This document shows positions 11,996 through 24,764 of a stretch of 64,000 bases of DNA, in pieces. The DNA is from Camelus dromedarius (Eukaryota): positions 35,342,001 through 35,406,000 of the forward strand of contig NC_087437.1 of the NCBI RefSeq assembly GCF_036321535.1, read 5' to 3'. How positions within the stretch are numbered: the first letter of the stretch is position 1; each line of letters starts with the position of its first letter. The translations under genes and the position numbers were made by a program. The notes under the pieces are model-generated. The model saw nothing but the letters and a program-made list of their open reading frames with translations, was not told where the DNA came from and searched no databases.

Positions 11996-13284
11996 GCCTG
12001 TCTCCCCCACGCTCTTCTACACGGTTGTCTACAGTGTGTTACTTTGTACTTAAGGGACAACAGAGCAAACAACCCTATGAAACTTTTGGGTTTAGTTATT
12101 GTAAGTGTGCTGATGATTTTGTGCATGTATGATGTAGCCTCTCTTCAGGATAACCTGAAAAAAAACAACAGTATTTTTTTCTGGTCTCAGTACTAGAAAC
12201 CTGAATGCATATATACAGCTGTGTGGTTTTCTTTGTCTGGACACTGTGAAGTGTGTGACAACTTGTACCTATTCTTTCTCTTCGGCTAATATAGGAAGCT
12301 CAGAGCCAAATGTGTGAGTAGATAAATTTTACTACATGCACTTTGTGTACTAACTTTATTCTTGGCTCCATCTTGTTTGTTTTTTTTTTTTAATTTAAAA
12401 AATATATTTAAAAATTTTTTTTAATTAAAAGAATTTCTTTCTCTTTGTTTTATTGTCTTGACTGCTAATTCCAAGGATACTTATGTAATTATCGTGGGAT
12501 TTAAAGTTATATCCTTTTAAAGAACAATCTAGATTATAAAAGAGATAATCATATTACTTAATCTCATATTTAAGTTAAGCCTAAATTCCCCCTTTTATGG
12601 CTTTACAAAGATTAAATAGAAAGGGATCTGGAATGTGATAAAAATTAAAATAAGGGAAATAAGAGGATTCTCAAGGTTTGAGAATCTAGGAAAAATTAAC
12701 TCAAAGACAAACCAGGAAATGTTACTTAGGAAGTGAAAAATATTACAGATATGTTATCAAGTTTGGAGCTGGTTAGAAAAAGAAATCTTGTTATAAAAGA
12801 CTATCTAAATATGTACATTTTGGCATATTCATTCTGATTTGTACAAAATTTTATCCTAGAGTTATACTTGAAAAAAAGTTTTCTAGACTTGGGGGGAAAA
12901 AATCAAAAACCTAAGTCTTGCCTATGACCCAAAAGTGGATGAAGGACTCTAACCCACTGAAACATCTTGCTAATAACTAGCTACTAATCTGGTAGTTCTA
13001 TTCCTTGATTTTTTTTTTTTTTTGCTTGGATTTTCAAACAATGACCTATGTTCCTTCAGCATCCTTTTCACATGCTGAAACTACTGACATGAGTCAGTGA
13101 TGCTTCCTGTCCTTAGAATGGAAAAGAACTGAGCCATGGACGATGATGAAAACATTGAAGTAGACTGAAACACTTCAGCATGTCTTTTTGGTTTATATGA
13201 GAAAATGAATTTCACTTCCAAGGACTGGAGAAGGTGTGCTATTGCTCATTTAATTTGAAATGAATACTTCTGATCTTACCAGTT

Positions 13285-13455
13285 GAGAGAGAAAAGCAGT
13301 AGACTGGGAGGCAGGCTTATTCCACATCAATCTCCAGTGAGCTCGATGACTTAGGCAACTTGGTTAATCTATCTGTGATTTACTTTCTTCATTTCTAAAA
13401 TGTCATGGGTGTCTTTGAACTAGGTGATCTCTTCCAATTCTAACATTGTATGATT
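13285..13455 (+). mobile_element. MIR (MIR3/MIRc-like)
   Basis: tagactgggaggcagg...tgacttaggcaacttggttaatctatctgtg...tttcttcatttctaaaatg...ttccaattctaacattgtatgatt. Confidence 0.7.
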
Positions 13456-14264
13456 TTCCTCTCTCTTACCCACATATGGCTAAAAGATTCGTGCTGAACA
13501 AGTCCTCTCTATGCATGAAGAGGTCCTTTTGGTTTGAGGCTTTCGTCTTTTAAGAGCTTCCTTTGGTTTTATGTTTGTCTCTTTGCTTTGTGCCTGCCTG
13601 TTTTAAATTTGACTCTATCACTGACAGCTTCATAAAGGGAATGGAAATAGATCATGCTGAGGAGAAGGAAGATTGATTAAAGAGAAAGATGAATAAGGTT
13701 GAAGAAGAGGAATGTATAGAAGCTGAGAAAATAGTTAATCACAAGAGGAGGAAGAGAGGGTTGAGAACCATAGCCTCAAACCCTTTTTGATTCAGGAGAT
13801 ATTTCTGTGTTTTATCCCTTTGTTTAGAATTAACTATTTGGATAAATTCCCTCAGACCATTTCTATGTGTCAAGGACCAGGGGTCAAAGGTATCTGGCTG
13901 AACTTTTACTTATTTTATGTCTCCTATTGACTTCTGGAAACAATCTTCCTACTCTCAATTCAGCCAGTCTATTGGTATTCAAATCAATTCTTGTTAAATT
14001 TTTAGAGCCGATTCCATTTTAAGAGTCATGATTAAAAACACTTTTAAGCTTCTGGGGCACACCCTCTATCATTTCTCATTCGACCTCCCTGACAATGCTT
14101 TTCGATCTCCTTTGCTGGTTCCTGCTTATCTTTGGGATGGACTTGAAATGGTGAACTTCCCCAGAACTCCCTCCTTGGACCTTGTACTATCTTTATCTGC
14201 CCTGATTTTCAGGTGCTCTCATCCAGTCCTGTTGTATTACATACCATCTTTATGCTAAAAACTC

Positions 14265-14498
14265 TTCCTTGCCAGAGCTCCCATACAGAGACCCCCAGGG
14301 AAACTTGCTGATTATGCAGAGTGGGTTTATTAAACTTACTAAGCACAGGAGAGCCTCACCCTGACAAAACCTTAGGGGCTTCTCAAAAGGGGGATGTGGG
14401 GAAGGGTACTTGTATGGCTTTCAGGGCTGGAGTTAGTCATCTGGTAGTTTTAAGATGGAAGCAAGTATGTCTGGGCTAGGATTGATCCGAATTGGGTG
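14265..14498. mobile_element. Old LTR-like fragment (family uncertain)
   Basis: gggtttattaaacttact...ctcaaaagggggatgtggggaagggtacttgtatgg resembles an antisense ERV LTR. Confidence 0.4.
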
Positions 14499-14510
14499 AG
14501 TTGCTATTCA

Positions 14511-14759
14511 TTTTTATTTATTTAAAGATTTTTTTTTTTTTACTTAAAACAATTCAATATAGTTAGTTACAGTGTGTCAATTTCTGGTGTACAGCACAAT
14601 GTCCCAGTCATGCATCTATACACATGCATTTGCCCTCATATTCTTTTTCATTAAAGGTAATCACAAGACATTGAATATAGTTCCCTGTGCTATACAGAAG
14701 AAATTTGCTTTTTATCTATTTTAATATATAGTGGATAACCTTTGCACATCTCAAGAGTA
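14511..14759 (-). mobile_element. 5'-truncated camelid-type L1 3' UTR
   Basis: Poly(T) then tgtgtcaatttctggtgtacagcacaatgtcccagtcatgcat...gttccctgtgctatacagaagaaa; TSD agttgctattca at 14499-14510 and 14760-14771. Confidence 0.9.
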
Positions 14760-14771
14760 AGTTGCTATTCA

Positions 14772-15060
14772 AATGCCTTCTTGTCAGAAAGGCCTCCCTT
14801 GATTATCTCATATAAAATAGAGCAATTCTATTCCAACTTTCTGTTTACTCAAGCTGCTTTATTATTCATAGCACTTCTTTGCACTTGGCATATTTTCTAT
14901 TGATTTATTTTTTATCATTGGACCCCTCCCACTGTTACGTGAAACTCCTCTAGGACAGGGCTCTCACCTGTCCGGCTGACTGCCAGATCCCTAGCACTTA
15001 GAACAAAGCGTAGCACCTAATAAGAACTCAGTGCTCATTTGTGGAATAAATGAATAAATG
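14772..15060 (+). mobile_element. L2a 3' end
   Basis: cagaaaggcctcccttga...catagcactt...aggacaggg...ccctagcacttagaacaaagcgtagcacctaataagaactcag...gaataaatgaataaatg. Confidence 0.8.
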
Positions 15061-15367
15061 CTACTTTTAATTAATGCTAGCTGTAATGACTACTTTTAAA
15101 CTTTTAATTATTCAGTAATTATTTCTCAGATTAAATGGGAGATTAGATGTGAAGCCATTTCAAAGGCTGCAAACAGTTGGTCCCCAGCAGAGGCTCATCT
15201 GGTTGAGTCCCGGCTTGTCTTGATTTGTGGCTGGAGTCTCCCTCTTCAGAGGGTGACAGTTCCAGGTGACTAGCCCAAGACAGTGGTGAGTGGGTGTGAG
15301 GGATGCGGCCTCTTGTTTTACTCTCACAGTCTTTATTTCTATGAAACTTGGTATAAAAAGGGGAGCA

Positions 15368-15503
15368 CTATGTTTAATGCCTTAATGGTCTATAATGAAA
15401 AAGAATATGAAAAGGAATATCTATGTATATTATATAAATGAATGACCGTGCTGTGCACCAGAAATTAACATTGTAAATCGACTATATTTTAATTTAAGAA
15501 AAT
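15368..15503 (+). mobile_element. Short L1 3' end, sense orientation
   Basis: tataatgaaaaagaatatgaaaaggaatat...tgctgtgcaccagaaattaacattgtaaatcgactata; imperfect TSD taaaaagggg(a/g) on both sides. Confidence 0.8.
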
Positions 15504-16019
15504 TAAAAAGGGGGAAGCAAGTGACATTTCTTTTGTTCTTCTATTTTCTTTCCCTTCCTCATTTCTATCTGCCTCCCTCCCACAACTCACTTCCTTTGTT
15601 CTTTTTTCTTTCTTTTTTTTCAGTAAGGAGGGTAACTCTTTACTTACTCTGTGAAAAACAATTTGGTCTGATTTTAATACAGTTGAAAAAATGAATCACT
15701 GATTTTGATTCCTGCCAAATCTCTCCAGAACACTCTCAAAGTCATTACAACCATTTTATAGTCATTATTTATTTACATAAACCTACAGCCAGTTTTTAAA
15801 TAGACAAGCAATGGAGTTGGTACCATGAGTGCTCCGATTTGAGAATAAACAGGGAGTGTGAGGATAAATTTCATTGTATGTGGTGTGTCCACTTGATGAG
15901 TCATGCGGATTTTGAAGCAAGATCTGGGTCAGGAAATGAGATGACAGCTAGAACTCTACCTGAAGCATTGAAGAAGCTAAGGGCGTGTATCTTCTTTTTG
16001 GGGGGAGGGAGGAGGTAAA

Positions 16020-16680
16020 TATTCCTTTGTTTTAATTTTTATCAGTATAATACATACAAAGGTTAAAAACGTTTTTTTCTAAGGACCAAGAGGCTTCTAA
16101 AGTTTAAAGTAGCAACAGCAGCTGCCCCTGCTGCTCTCTCCACCCTTCCGCCAACTTTCAATTCCCAGCCATTGCAGCTTTGAATGTTTAGCAGCTTTCC
16201 CCCCCTAGCATGTAACTTTAAAGAATAATATGCTTATATTGTCGTTTCTTGATTTGTCAATTCTAGAGTCTGTCTTTTGACTTTTTATCATGTTAGGTGA
16301 GCATTTAGCTCTTCTACATCACTCTTCCAAACCTCTGCCCTTCTCCTTCTGATAGAGTTACATCATAATAAAACAATAATCATTTGTATTAACTTAACTC
16401 TGCAAATGTTATTCTCTGAAAGCCACATAGTATCTTATGATTACATTTCATTTCTTAGACCACTTTTTGCTTTTCCTGTAATTAACACTTTTACACATTT
16501 CTTTTCCTGTAGTTAGCAATTATCTAATTTATTCCTTGGTTGTCCTTCATTTTAAATTTTTGTCAGATTTCTCATTAAAACCATAGAGTTGGATAATTCC
16601 AAGTGGCATCATTCACTCTGTAGTTATGTGATACTGTGGTATTATAAACCTATCAATAATTTTTTGTCCAAGTCCCCTGT
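16020..16680 (-). mobile_element. HAL1 (half-L1) 3' portion
   Basis: aataatatgcttatattgtcgtttcttgatttgtcaattctaga...gagcatttagctcttctac...agccacatagtatcttatgattacatttc matches recalled HAL1 3' region. Confidence 0.6.
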
Positions 16681-18835
16681 TGCATTACCATATAAATTTT
16701 AGAATCAGCTAAAAATTGTCAACTTCTTAAAAAAACAACAAACCAAAACTAGCCAGAATTTTGTTTCGGATCGCATTAAATCTATAGATCATTTTAAGAA
16801 GTGTTGACACCTTAACAATATTAAGTCTTCCAATCCCTGGACAAGGTATGTCTCTCCATTAATGATGTCTCCTTTAATTTCTCTAAGTATTTTTTTGTAG
16901 TTTTCAGTATAGATGCCTTACACATTTTTTTGCCAGATTTCTCTCTAATGCTATTTAAATGATATTGTTTTAAAATTTCAATTTCTAATTGTTTGCTGCT
17001 GGTATATAGAAATACAATTGATTTCCTGGCATCTTGCAACTTGCTAAGCTCATTTGTTATAAGAGCATTTTTGTAGATTTCATTAACTTTTACACAGAGA
17101 TGATTAATATTGTCTGTGAATAAAAGCATTCAGTTTTTCTTAATTTCCAATCTAGATGCCTTTTATCTCCCTTTCTTACCTTATTGCACTGTCTAGAAGA
17201 GCTAGTATATTGAATTGATGTAAAGAGAGTGAATATCCTTGTGTTGTGTTGTTTCTAAGCTTACAGGTGGAACCTTCAGTCATCATTAGGTTTGGTAGTG
17301 ATAGGTTTTTCACAGACATCCTTTGTCAGACTGAGGAACTGCCCTTCTATTCCTAGTATGCTAGAGCTATTATGAGGAATGGACGTTGGATTTTATAAAA
17401 TGCTTCCTTAGTGTCTATTGAAATTATAATAGAGTTTTTCTTTTTGGTTCTTTAGTATGATGAAATGCAACATTTGGTTTAAAAATGCTAAACCAGCCTT
17501 GTACTCTGGGGCTACACATCACTTGGTCTTGATGAATTTGTCCTTTTCATGTAGTGTTGATTTAATTTTCTAAACTTTTGTTTAGAATTTTTGCATCTAT
17601 TTTCATGAGAGATATTGACCTGCATTTTTTTTTTCTTGTAATATCTCTGTTAGGTTTTGGGATCAGAGTAATGCTGGCTTCATGGAAAGAATTAGAAAAT
17701 ATTATCTTCTTTTCAATTTTCTAGAAAATTTTGTACAGAATTAGATTTTTTCCTTCCATATGTCTCCAAGTTTATTATTTCACCAGTGAAGCAATCTGGA
17801 TCTGGAGCTGTCTTTATGAGAAAAATTTTCATTAGAAATTAAATTTCCTTAATTGATTTGGTACTGATATTATCTAGTTCTTCTTGGTGATCTTTAATAG
17901 TTTATGTCATTCAAAGAATTTTTCCATTTCATTTAAGTTTTAAAATGTACTTACATAAAGTTATTCATAATATTCCATTGTTATTATTTTACTATCTGTA
18001 TAATTTATAGTGATGTCGCCTCCCTCATTACTGATATTGGCAATTTGTGTCTTATCTCCTTTTTTACTGATTGGTCTGGCTAGAGGTTTATGAATTTTAT
18101 TGATCTTAAGGTGTATTTCCTATAGGCAGCATAAATTAAGTCTTACTTTATTTAACCAATATGGCAACCTCTGACTTTTAATTGGTGATATATATATTTA
18201 ATGTGATTATTCGTATGATTAGATTTAAATCTATCATCTCATAATTTATTTTCTATTGTTTTATTTGTTCTTTGGTGCCTCTTTCCTCTTTTTATTACTT
18301 CTTTAGATTTAATTGAGGATTTTTCATGATTCTAATTTATCCTCTTTTTTGACTTTATTAACTGCTAAAATTTTTGTTATTTTAGTTCTTACTTTAAGGT
18401 CTACAGTATATTACAGTCTAATGTCCAGTGATAATATACCACCTTATGTATAGTAGAAGATCCTTACAATCATGTCCTTCCATTTCTCACTCTCTGACCT
18501 TTGTGCTATTGTTGTATATTCGCTGTTAGTTTATTATAAACTCCACCATGCATTGTTATTCCTTTTGTTTAATGCTTGATTACCTTTACAAGAGATTTAA
18601 ATAATAAGATTAAGGCTTGTATACTTACCCAGAAAGTTAACATTTCCTGTGTTCTTCATTCTTTAGCATGGGTCCAGATTACCATTTATTATCATTTCCC
18701 TCTTCCATGAAGGAATTTCTTTAATGATTTTTGTAATTAAGTTTACTAGGAATGAATTCTTTCAGCTTTCATATATCTGAAAGCATTATTATTTTGCTTT
18801 CATTTTTGAGAGATAATTTGCTGAGTATGGAATTA
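16681..18835 (-). mobile_element. Ancient L1M (MB/MC-like) ORF2 region with internal deletion
   Basis: ORF 16821-17129 (LLFTDN...NELSKL...KSIVFLYTS...) is a decayed L1 RT segment; jump near 18105 from the post-endonuclease region to endonuclease-region sequence (gtgtatttcctataggcagcat). Confidence 0.8.
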
Positions 18836-18839
18836 GTAT

Positions 18840-20270
18840 TTTAGCATCTAGTGTTGTCTGTTGGGAAATCTGATTACATTCTAATTCTAGTTAAATGTAC
18901 CTCTGGAAGCTTTTAGGATCATGTCTTTATCTCCAATGCCTGGAAACTTTAGAGTGATGGAACTTGATATCTATTCTTCTTGTAGGTAGAACTTCCTGGC
19001 CTTTCCATCTAGAGACTTGCAACTTGTAGTTCTGGGAAATTTTGTATTTCCTCCATAATTTTCACTCTTCTAATATTTTTTTTTCTTTCTTACAAGTATT
19101 AATTCAGTGTTAGCTTCTTTGATTGGCTCTCTGTGACTTATCATTTCCCCTCTTTAAAAAACTTTATGTCTGTGTATGTAGGTGTGACTTACTTTGTTTT
19201 CTGGATAATTTCTGGGCATTTGATTCCTGAGCAGTTTCTTAAATTTTGTATTGTTTTATTTATGAATTTTTTGCTGTCATCATTTTAATCTCGAGAGTTC
19301 CTTCTGACATTTAAAATTTTCTTTTAAACATTCTTTTCTCATTTTTTTGTATTGTACTTTTCTTTTTTTTTCTCTTTTAATATATCCTACTTATGTTTAG
19401 AGCTTTTATTCACTCATTGTCTATTTTGTCTTCATGGATCCTTTTTACTGTTTGCTTATACCTTTCATTTTGGTGTCTTTCCTCAATTATTAGTGATCCT
19501 TTTTTGGCTGTCCTTTCATATTTAAGAGTGAGCCTCCAGAGAGTGGAATGCTATTGCTTGAGTATTTGAGGGGTGTGCCTTCTTGGCAAGGTGCTCTTCA
19601 GAGAACCAACTTACTTTACTTGGGGACTCCTAATTGTCAATGTAGAAAGATATATTTTCTTTAAGACCATTTCTTTTCTCCAGAAAAGGACCTTTCAATT
19701 TCTTTCATGGGAGGAATAGCCTGGCTACAGGATTTTGGGGAAGCAAAAGGGGAATGGGGGTTTCCATGATTCATAAGCAGACTTCTTTTCAATCTCCTGT
19801 TTCATTTTGTCCTTTACTGTACCTGATTATCCTTAAGTCTCAAACTCCTTCCCTTTTATTTCTCCTGAGTATAAAGCTGCAATCTCGTGTCTGAGGTGGA
19901 CTGGGTTGTATAAGCCAACCTATATGGGGGTGTTATCCAACCCCATGTGATGGAGAGGGACACTGGAAGTCTGTCTGCTCCACATACAGTTGTCAACCAA
20001 TCCTGTATTTTAGCTCTTAGTCTCTCCACTCCTCTGGGGTACCCTGTGTCACAGTACTACTTTCTCAGAAGCAAATAGACTTGCTTCTTAGAGGTATCTC
20101 CTGTAGGTGCTTTAGGTTGTAGCTTTTTGTACTGCACTGTATTAGTTCCTACTCTTCCATTCCACTGAAAATTCTTGTCTGCTATCTCTTCACATCTGTT
20201 CTCATTATCACTGTGGGTTTATATCTTTTATATTTAAAAAAATCATGTTCAAGCCTTCACTGGCAATTTA
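18840..20270 (-). mobile_element. HAL1 ORF1/5' portion
   Basis: ctctggaagcttttaggatcatgtctttatc...ggcctttccatctagagact...gttctgggaaattttg and later cctttcatatttaagagtgag match recalled HAL1. Confidence 0.6.
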
Positions 20271-20384
20271 GTTTTTTCTTTTTTTAAGGATTGTACTACA
20301 GTAGAGTTAGATTTAAGTTGCCCTAAAGACTTCTGACTATGTTTAAAAGGAATTCAGTCAGAGAAAGGGCAGTGAAAGACTTTT

Positions 20385-20520
20385 TGTTCAGCATCTACTG
20401 TGTGTTAGGTTTTGTGCAACGCACTTAAACTTTTTCACGTTAGACAGTTATTTCTTCCTTTTAAAAGCGAGGAAACAAAGGCTTGTTACATTAGCGAACT
20501 TTCTCCAGGCCATAAAAGAA
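20385..20520 (-). mobile_element. MIR fragment
   Basis: cagcatctactgtgtgttagg...ttttaaaagcgaggaaacaaaggct. Confidence 0.5.
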
Positions 20521-20568
20521 AGAACCTAGTTTTATAAGCAATGCAATTTCAGATCATTCTTTACATAC

Positions 20569-20820
20569 TAGTGCTTCTCAACTCCTGGGCTGACCAACTG
20601 GCTCAGTTTGTCTGGGACTGTCCTGGTTTTGGCATGGAAATTTCAACATGCCTGGAAACCCCTCAGTTAAGGCAAAAATTGGATGTTTCCAGTTGCACAT
20701 GAAAATCACAACAGGGGTTTTTAAAAAATACGAATTTCTGGGTCTTACCTTCCCAAGAATTTGATTTAGTGACTCTAAGGTAGGACTAGAATTATTTTAC
20801 TTGAATGTTCAAAACCACTG
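20569..20820. mobile_element. MER5-family MITE with nested MER81 (hAT-Blackjack) at ~20586-20692
   Basis: tagtgcttctcaac...aaaaccactg termini; insert gggctgaccaactggctcagtttgtctgggactgtcctggttttggcatggaaa...aaacccctcagt matches MER81. Confidence 0.7.
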
Positions 20821-20952
20821 TCTTATACCATGCTGCCCCTCAGGAAGTCAACAGCCTGGATTCCACCATCTTTTAATCCCTAGCTGGTATGTAAACCATT
20901 AAGTCCAAGTGTTACCAGTATATATAGTTTGACAAAGGAGTAACCTCTAGAC

Positions 20953-21138
20953 TGGAGTTGTTGGCCAATCTGGCCTCCAGCCAATTTTTGTAAATAAAGT
21001 TTTATAGAATGCATTGTTTATGGCTACTTTCTTGCTATTGCTATAGCTGCAGAGTTGAGTAGTTTGAGACTAGTGGGTCCATAAATCCTGAAATATTTAC
21101 CCACTGGCCTTTTCCATACAAAATTTTCTGACTCCTAC
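20953..21138 (+). mobile_element. MER58A hAT-Charlie MITE
   Basis: ggccaatctggcctccagcc...tttgtaaataaagttttat...gcagagttgagtagttt...aaatatttac...tggcctttt. Confidence 0.75.
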
Positions 21139-21294
21139 TCAACGCTAACATGAATCAAAACCCAAACCAAACCAAACCAAACTCAAACAAAACAGGTCCA
21201 CCATATTAGAAGTACCACTGGGTACTCAGCAAAGGAATTCTTCCTTGACACACTAAAGTTCTAAGACCTGAGGTGGAAAGGGAGTTGTGAGATG

Positions 21295-21450
21295 CCTTTC
21301 AAATTTAATGTGTGCTCATTTAACCCAGGGATCTGATTAAAATGCAGGTTCTGTTCAGTAGTATGGGTTGGAACCAAAACCCTGCATTTCTAACAAGCTT
21401 GCAGATGGTGCTAATGTTCCTGCTCCCAGGACCACAGTTGGAGTAGCAGG
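21295..21450. mobile_element. MER5B-like MITE
   Basis: gggatctgattaaaatgcaggttctgttcagtag...ctgcatttctaacaagct...ggaccacagttggagtagcagg. Confidence 0.75.
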
Positions 21451-24400
21451 TATGTAGACCACTGGTAGCTTATCACAATAGAGGGTAAAGTCACCTCAAG
21501 CTGCAATGTCAGCTGGTTGCCACAATGAAGAAAGCTACTGCCTATTGACCATGTCTGTGGGCCAGGTACGACAAATGAGGAGGAACGCTTTAGTGTGGGA
21601 AGGAAATAGGTCTTCAGCATCGCTTTAGAACAGTGGCTCTCACAGTCCCGGCATCAGCATCAGCATTAGGAGGAGGCAGCATGTTAGTGGACTACCTTCA
21701 CATGCCACTCTGGGTGGGGAAGTCCTGGGAAGGTACAGGTTGCTGTGCTAATGATGTGGTAAGTCAAAAAGTGAAAATTTCTCTATCGGTCAGAGACAGT
21801 TTCCCTCTGATACTCTGAAAGAAGACAACGGGCTTGGGAGTGCCATGCAGACCTGAGGTACCACAAGTTTTTAACTAAATCAAAGAAGGTATAACCCTAC
21901 CCAAGTGAAACAGTAATTTTTTAACCAAAAGAAAAGAAAGCTGCTGTTACCTAGTTTTGCACTTGAATCTATTTTGTCGTTGTTGTTGGATTGACTTTAA
22001 GTTGATAGTCTCTCCTATATCTTTATTTGAAAAATTAAATTATAAATATGTGTTTATAGTAGAAAATTAGAAATGAAAATACTAAATTGAAATCATCCAT
22101 AATCATATAAAATGCCAAAGTAATGTATGAACATGCCTGTTTTCCCAAGCCTTCAGCCCAATTGGTTGTTACATATTTTGAAAACAAATTCAATAAATGA
22201 AAAATGGTATCTCATTATTTTAATTGACATTATTTCAACATAGGAATGTTGTTTATAAAAATAATGTGTACCAATTTAAAAGCAATCAAACAATTCAGAA
22301 ATATATGTCATAGAGATTTAAAGTTCTTTTAAAATCTTAACAATTGGGTGTATAAAGACAGATGAATGTCCCAATATCTATTTACATAACTAGACTTGTT
22401 ATTCTGTAGCCTCCTTTTTTAAGCAGATGACTTTTTGATCAGATAGACCTAGATTTGAGTAACCATGCCATTCATTGGCTGGATAAACTTGAAAAGTTAT
22501 GTAAATTCTCTCATCCTCTGAAAATGTATCAGTCATGTAGATGGGTATATTATATGCAAGTTCCATGCCCCCAGCTTATCTTTTGCCTTTCTAGGGTGGT
22601 GGTGTTTTTTTTTTGTTTTTTTTTTTTTGACATGCATTCTTTCTAACTTTTATGTGATCAAATCAATTTAACTATTTTTGTATGTTTTCCTTAAGGTTTG
22701 GTGTTCTGTTTCCCATACCTTTTTAATACAGAATATACATTATTACTGTTTCTGTTGATGTTTTGGATAAAGAGTTTTTAAGTTTTTGAAAGAGTTAGAC
22801 TCCCTAGAATAATTTTAAGTCCAGCCTAAGGAGACTTGATTTTCGTCCTTATGTTACCAGGAGGATACACAGAGCAATACAGCTGATATGTTTTCAAATT
22901 ATAGATGTGAAGTCCTTGAAGTCCTGCCAGAGCTCTGAGGTGGGTCCTTGACAGATGTAACTTGGCAAATCTCACGAAGCTTATAAGTCACTGGTGTGTT
23001 TTTCAGAATTTAAGACATACTGTGTCCTGATTCCAAGCACACTTAATCCAAAGTATTTAGAAAACTCTTTACTGTGAGGAAACGGGGATTTGTTGACAGC
23101 CTTGTGATCTGGCTGCCTGCCGGTGAAATACTATGGTTATTTTAAACTGGACTGTGCTGTTGAACCAGTAGAAGCAAAGAAAGATGCCTTGATCTTCACT
23201 GCCAATTGCAGGCCAAGAGATTAAAAGTGAGGTATGCCGCTGAAGGTCTGAGTCAGAGTGAAACGGCATCTTTCTGTACCATGGCTTTGATCTGTCATCT
23301 TTCACTTGCTGAGCGAAGATGCTGCAAATCAAAGTGTTTGGAACCACTGTAATGATAGCCTATCAACAGTATGGTTGAACTTGCTTTAACCTTGGTGGTT
23401 TCTTGCTATTACTTTGTCTGTCAATGTATTTGACACCATGTCTTTTACTTATTTGAAGTTACCTTAACACCACCTTGTTAAACTTTTCCCTTCATTGCTA
23501 GTCAAACCTTTTCCTTTTTTTCAGCTATGTCTTTTGGTATAGAATTCTGGAGGACATTGTTGCACTAAATTATTCTATAAAAATAACATATATTTCCCTG
23601 AATTCCTATTAAATTTTTTAACACCTGCTGCTTATTATTTGACATTTTCAGCAACCTGAGTGTTATTAAATTTCTGTTATGTTCTAAGTGTGTTCATGTG
23701 ACCTACAGATAGCCTTGGATGTTGATAACTTTGTTGAAATGCATACTGCAAACTTGCAAGGAAAGCAAATCAAAGTAAACACTATTTCTCCTGTCAATTG
23801 AGATGCACAAAAATCCTTGACAATGGTTTTAGTGTACAAGGAAACAAGAATCACTGAAATCATGACTAAGCAAAATCTACTAATAAGCTGGAACACTGAG
23901 TTTAGTGCTAATAAAAACATTCTCACTTGAGGTTCTTGTAGCTTGCAAGTTATTAAAGCCAAACCATTACCCTTTATTATCTACTCAAAACATTTATTAT
24001 CTGTTTGATATACTACATTAGGGTTTGTGGAAAGAGTGGATATATTTTATAGTTTCATAAATTCTTCTGGTTTTATTTGTCAATACTTACTATTTGGAGA
24101 TGCAATATTTTTATTAGCCTAGTGCAATTACTCTCAACAGGGTCTTTAAATTATCTGTACTGCAATAAAAAAAATGTAAGAGCTTATTATTCCTGTCTAC
24201 TCTCTCTATTACATTTATTCAACATTTAAATACATGATGGTGACATTTCCATAAAGAAAACAAATCTTCACTCACATCATGTCTAATGGATATGATTTTG
24301 TGATTCATAATAATCTTTTTTTTGTGTGTGTTTGATATATACTTTATCTTTGGGGGTTATTTATTTATGTTGGTGAAATCTTAACCAGCATTATCTCTCA

Positions 24401-24469
24401 GACCATCCCTACCCAGGACTTGTACAGGAGAAAAAAATCATTCATCACAATGACCACAGTGAGTTAGAT

Positions 24470-24682
24470 GAGGGGGGTCAGTCAGCAGGCCACATTCAGC
24501 CTGCTGCTTGTTTCTGTCCAGGTATATTGGAGAACAGCCACACTCAATTGTGTATGTGTTGTCTGTGGTTGTTTCTGTACTGCTTTGGAAGAGTTGACAG
24601 AAAAGCTGAAACAGAGACCCATGGTCCACAAAGCCAAAAATATCTGTTACCTAAGCCTACAGAAAAAGTTTGCCAGTCCCTT
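24470..24682 (+). mobile_element. MER58A hAT-Charlie MITE
   Basis: aggggggtcag...acagccacactc...acagagacccatggtccacaaagccaaaaatat...acagaaaaagtttgccagtccct. Confidence 0.8.
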
Positions 24683-24764
24683 AATTTGATCACTTTCTTG
24701 GAAGATAGTTCTCTTGGGCACTGAAGATTCTACTTTTGGTGTGCTAAGTTCTGTTTATTTAAAA

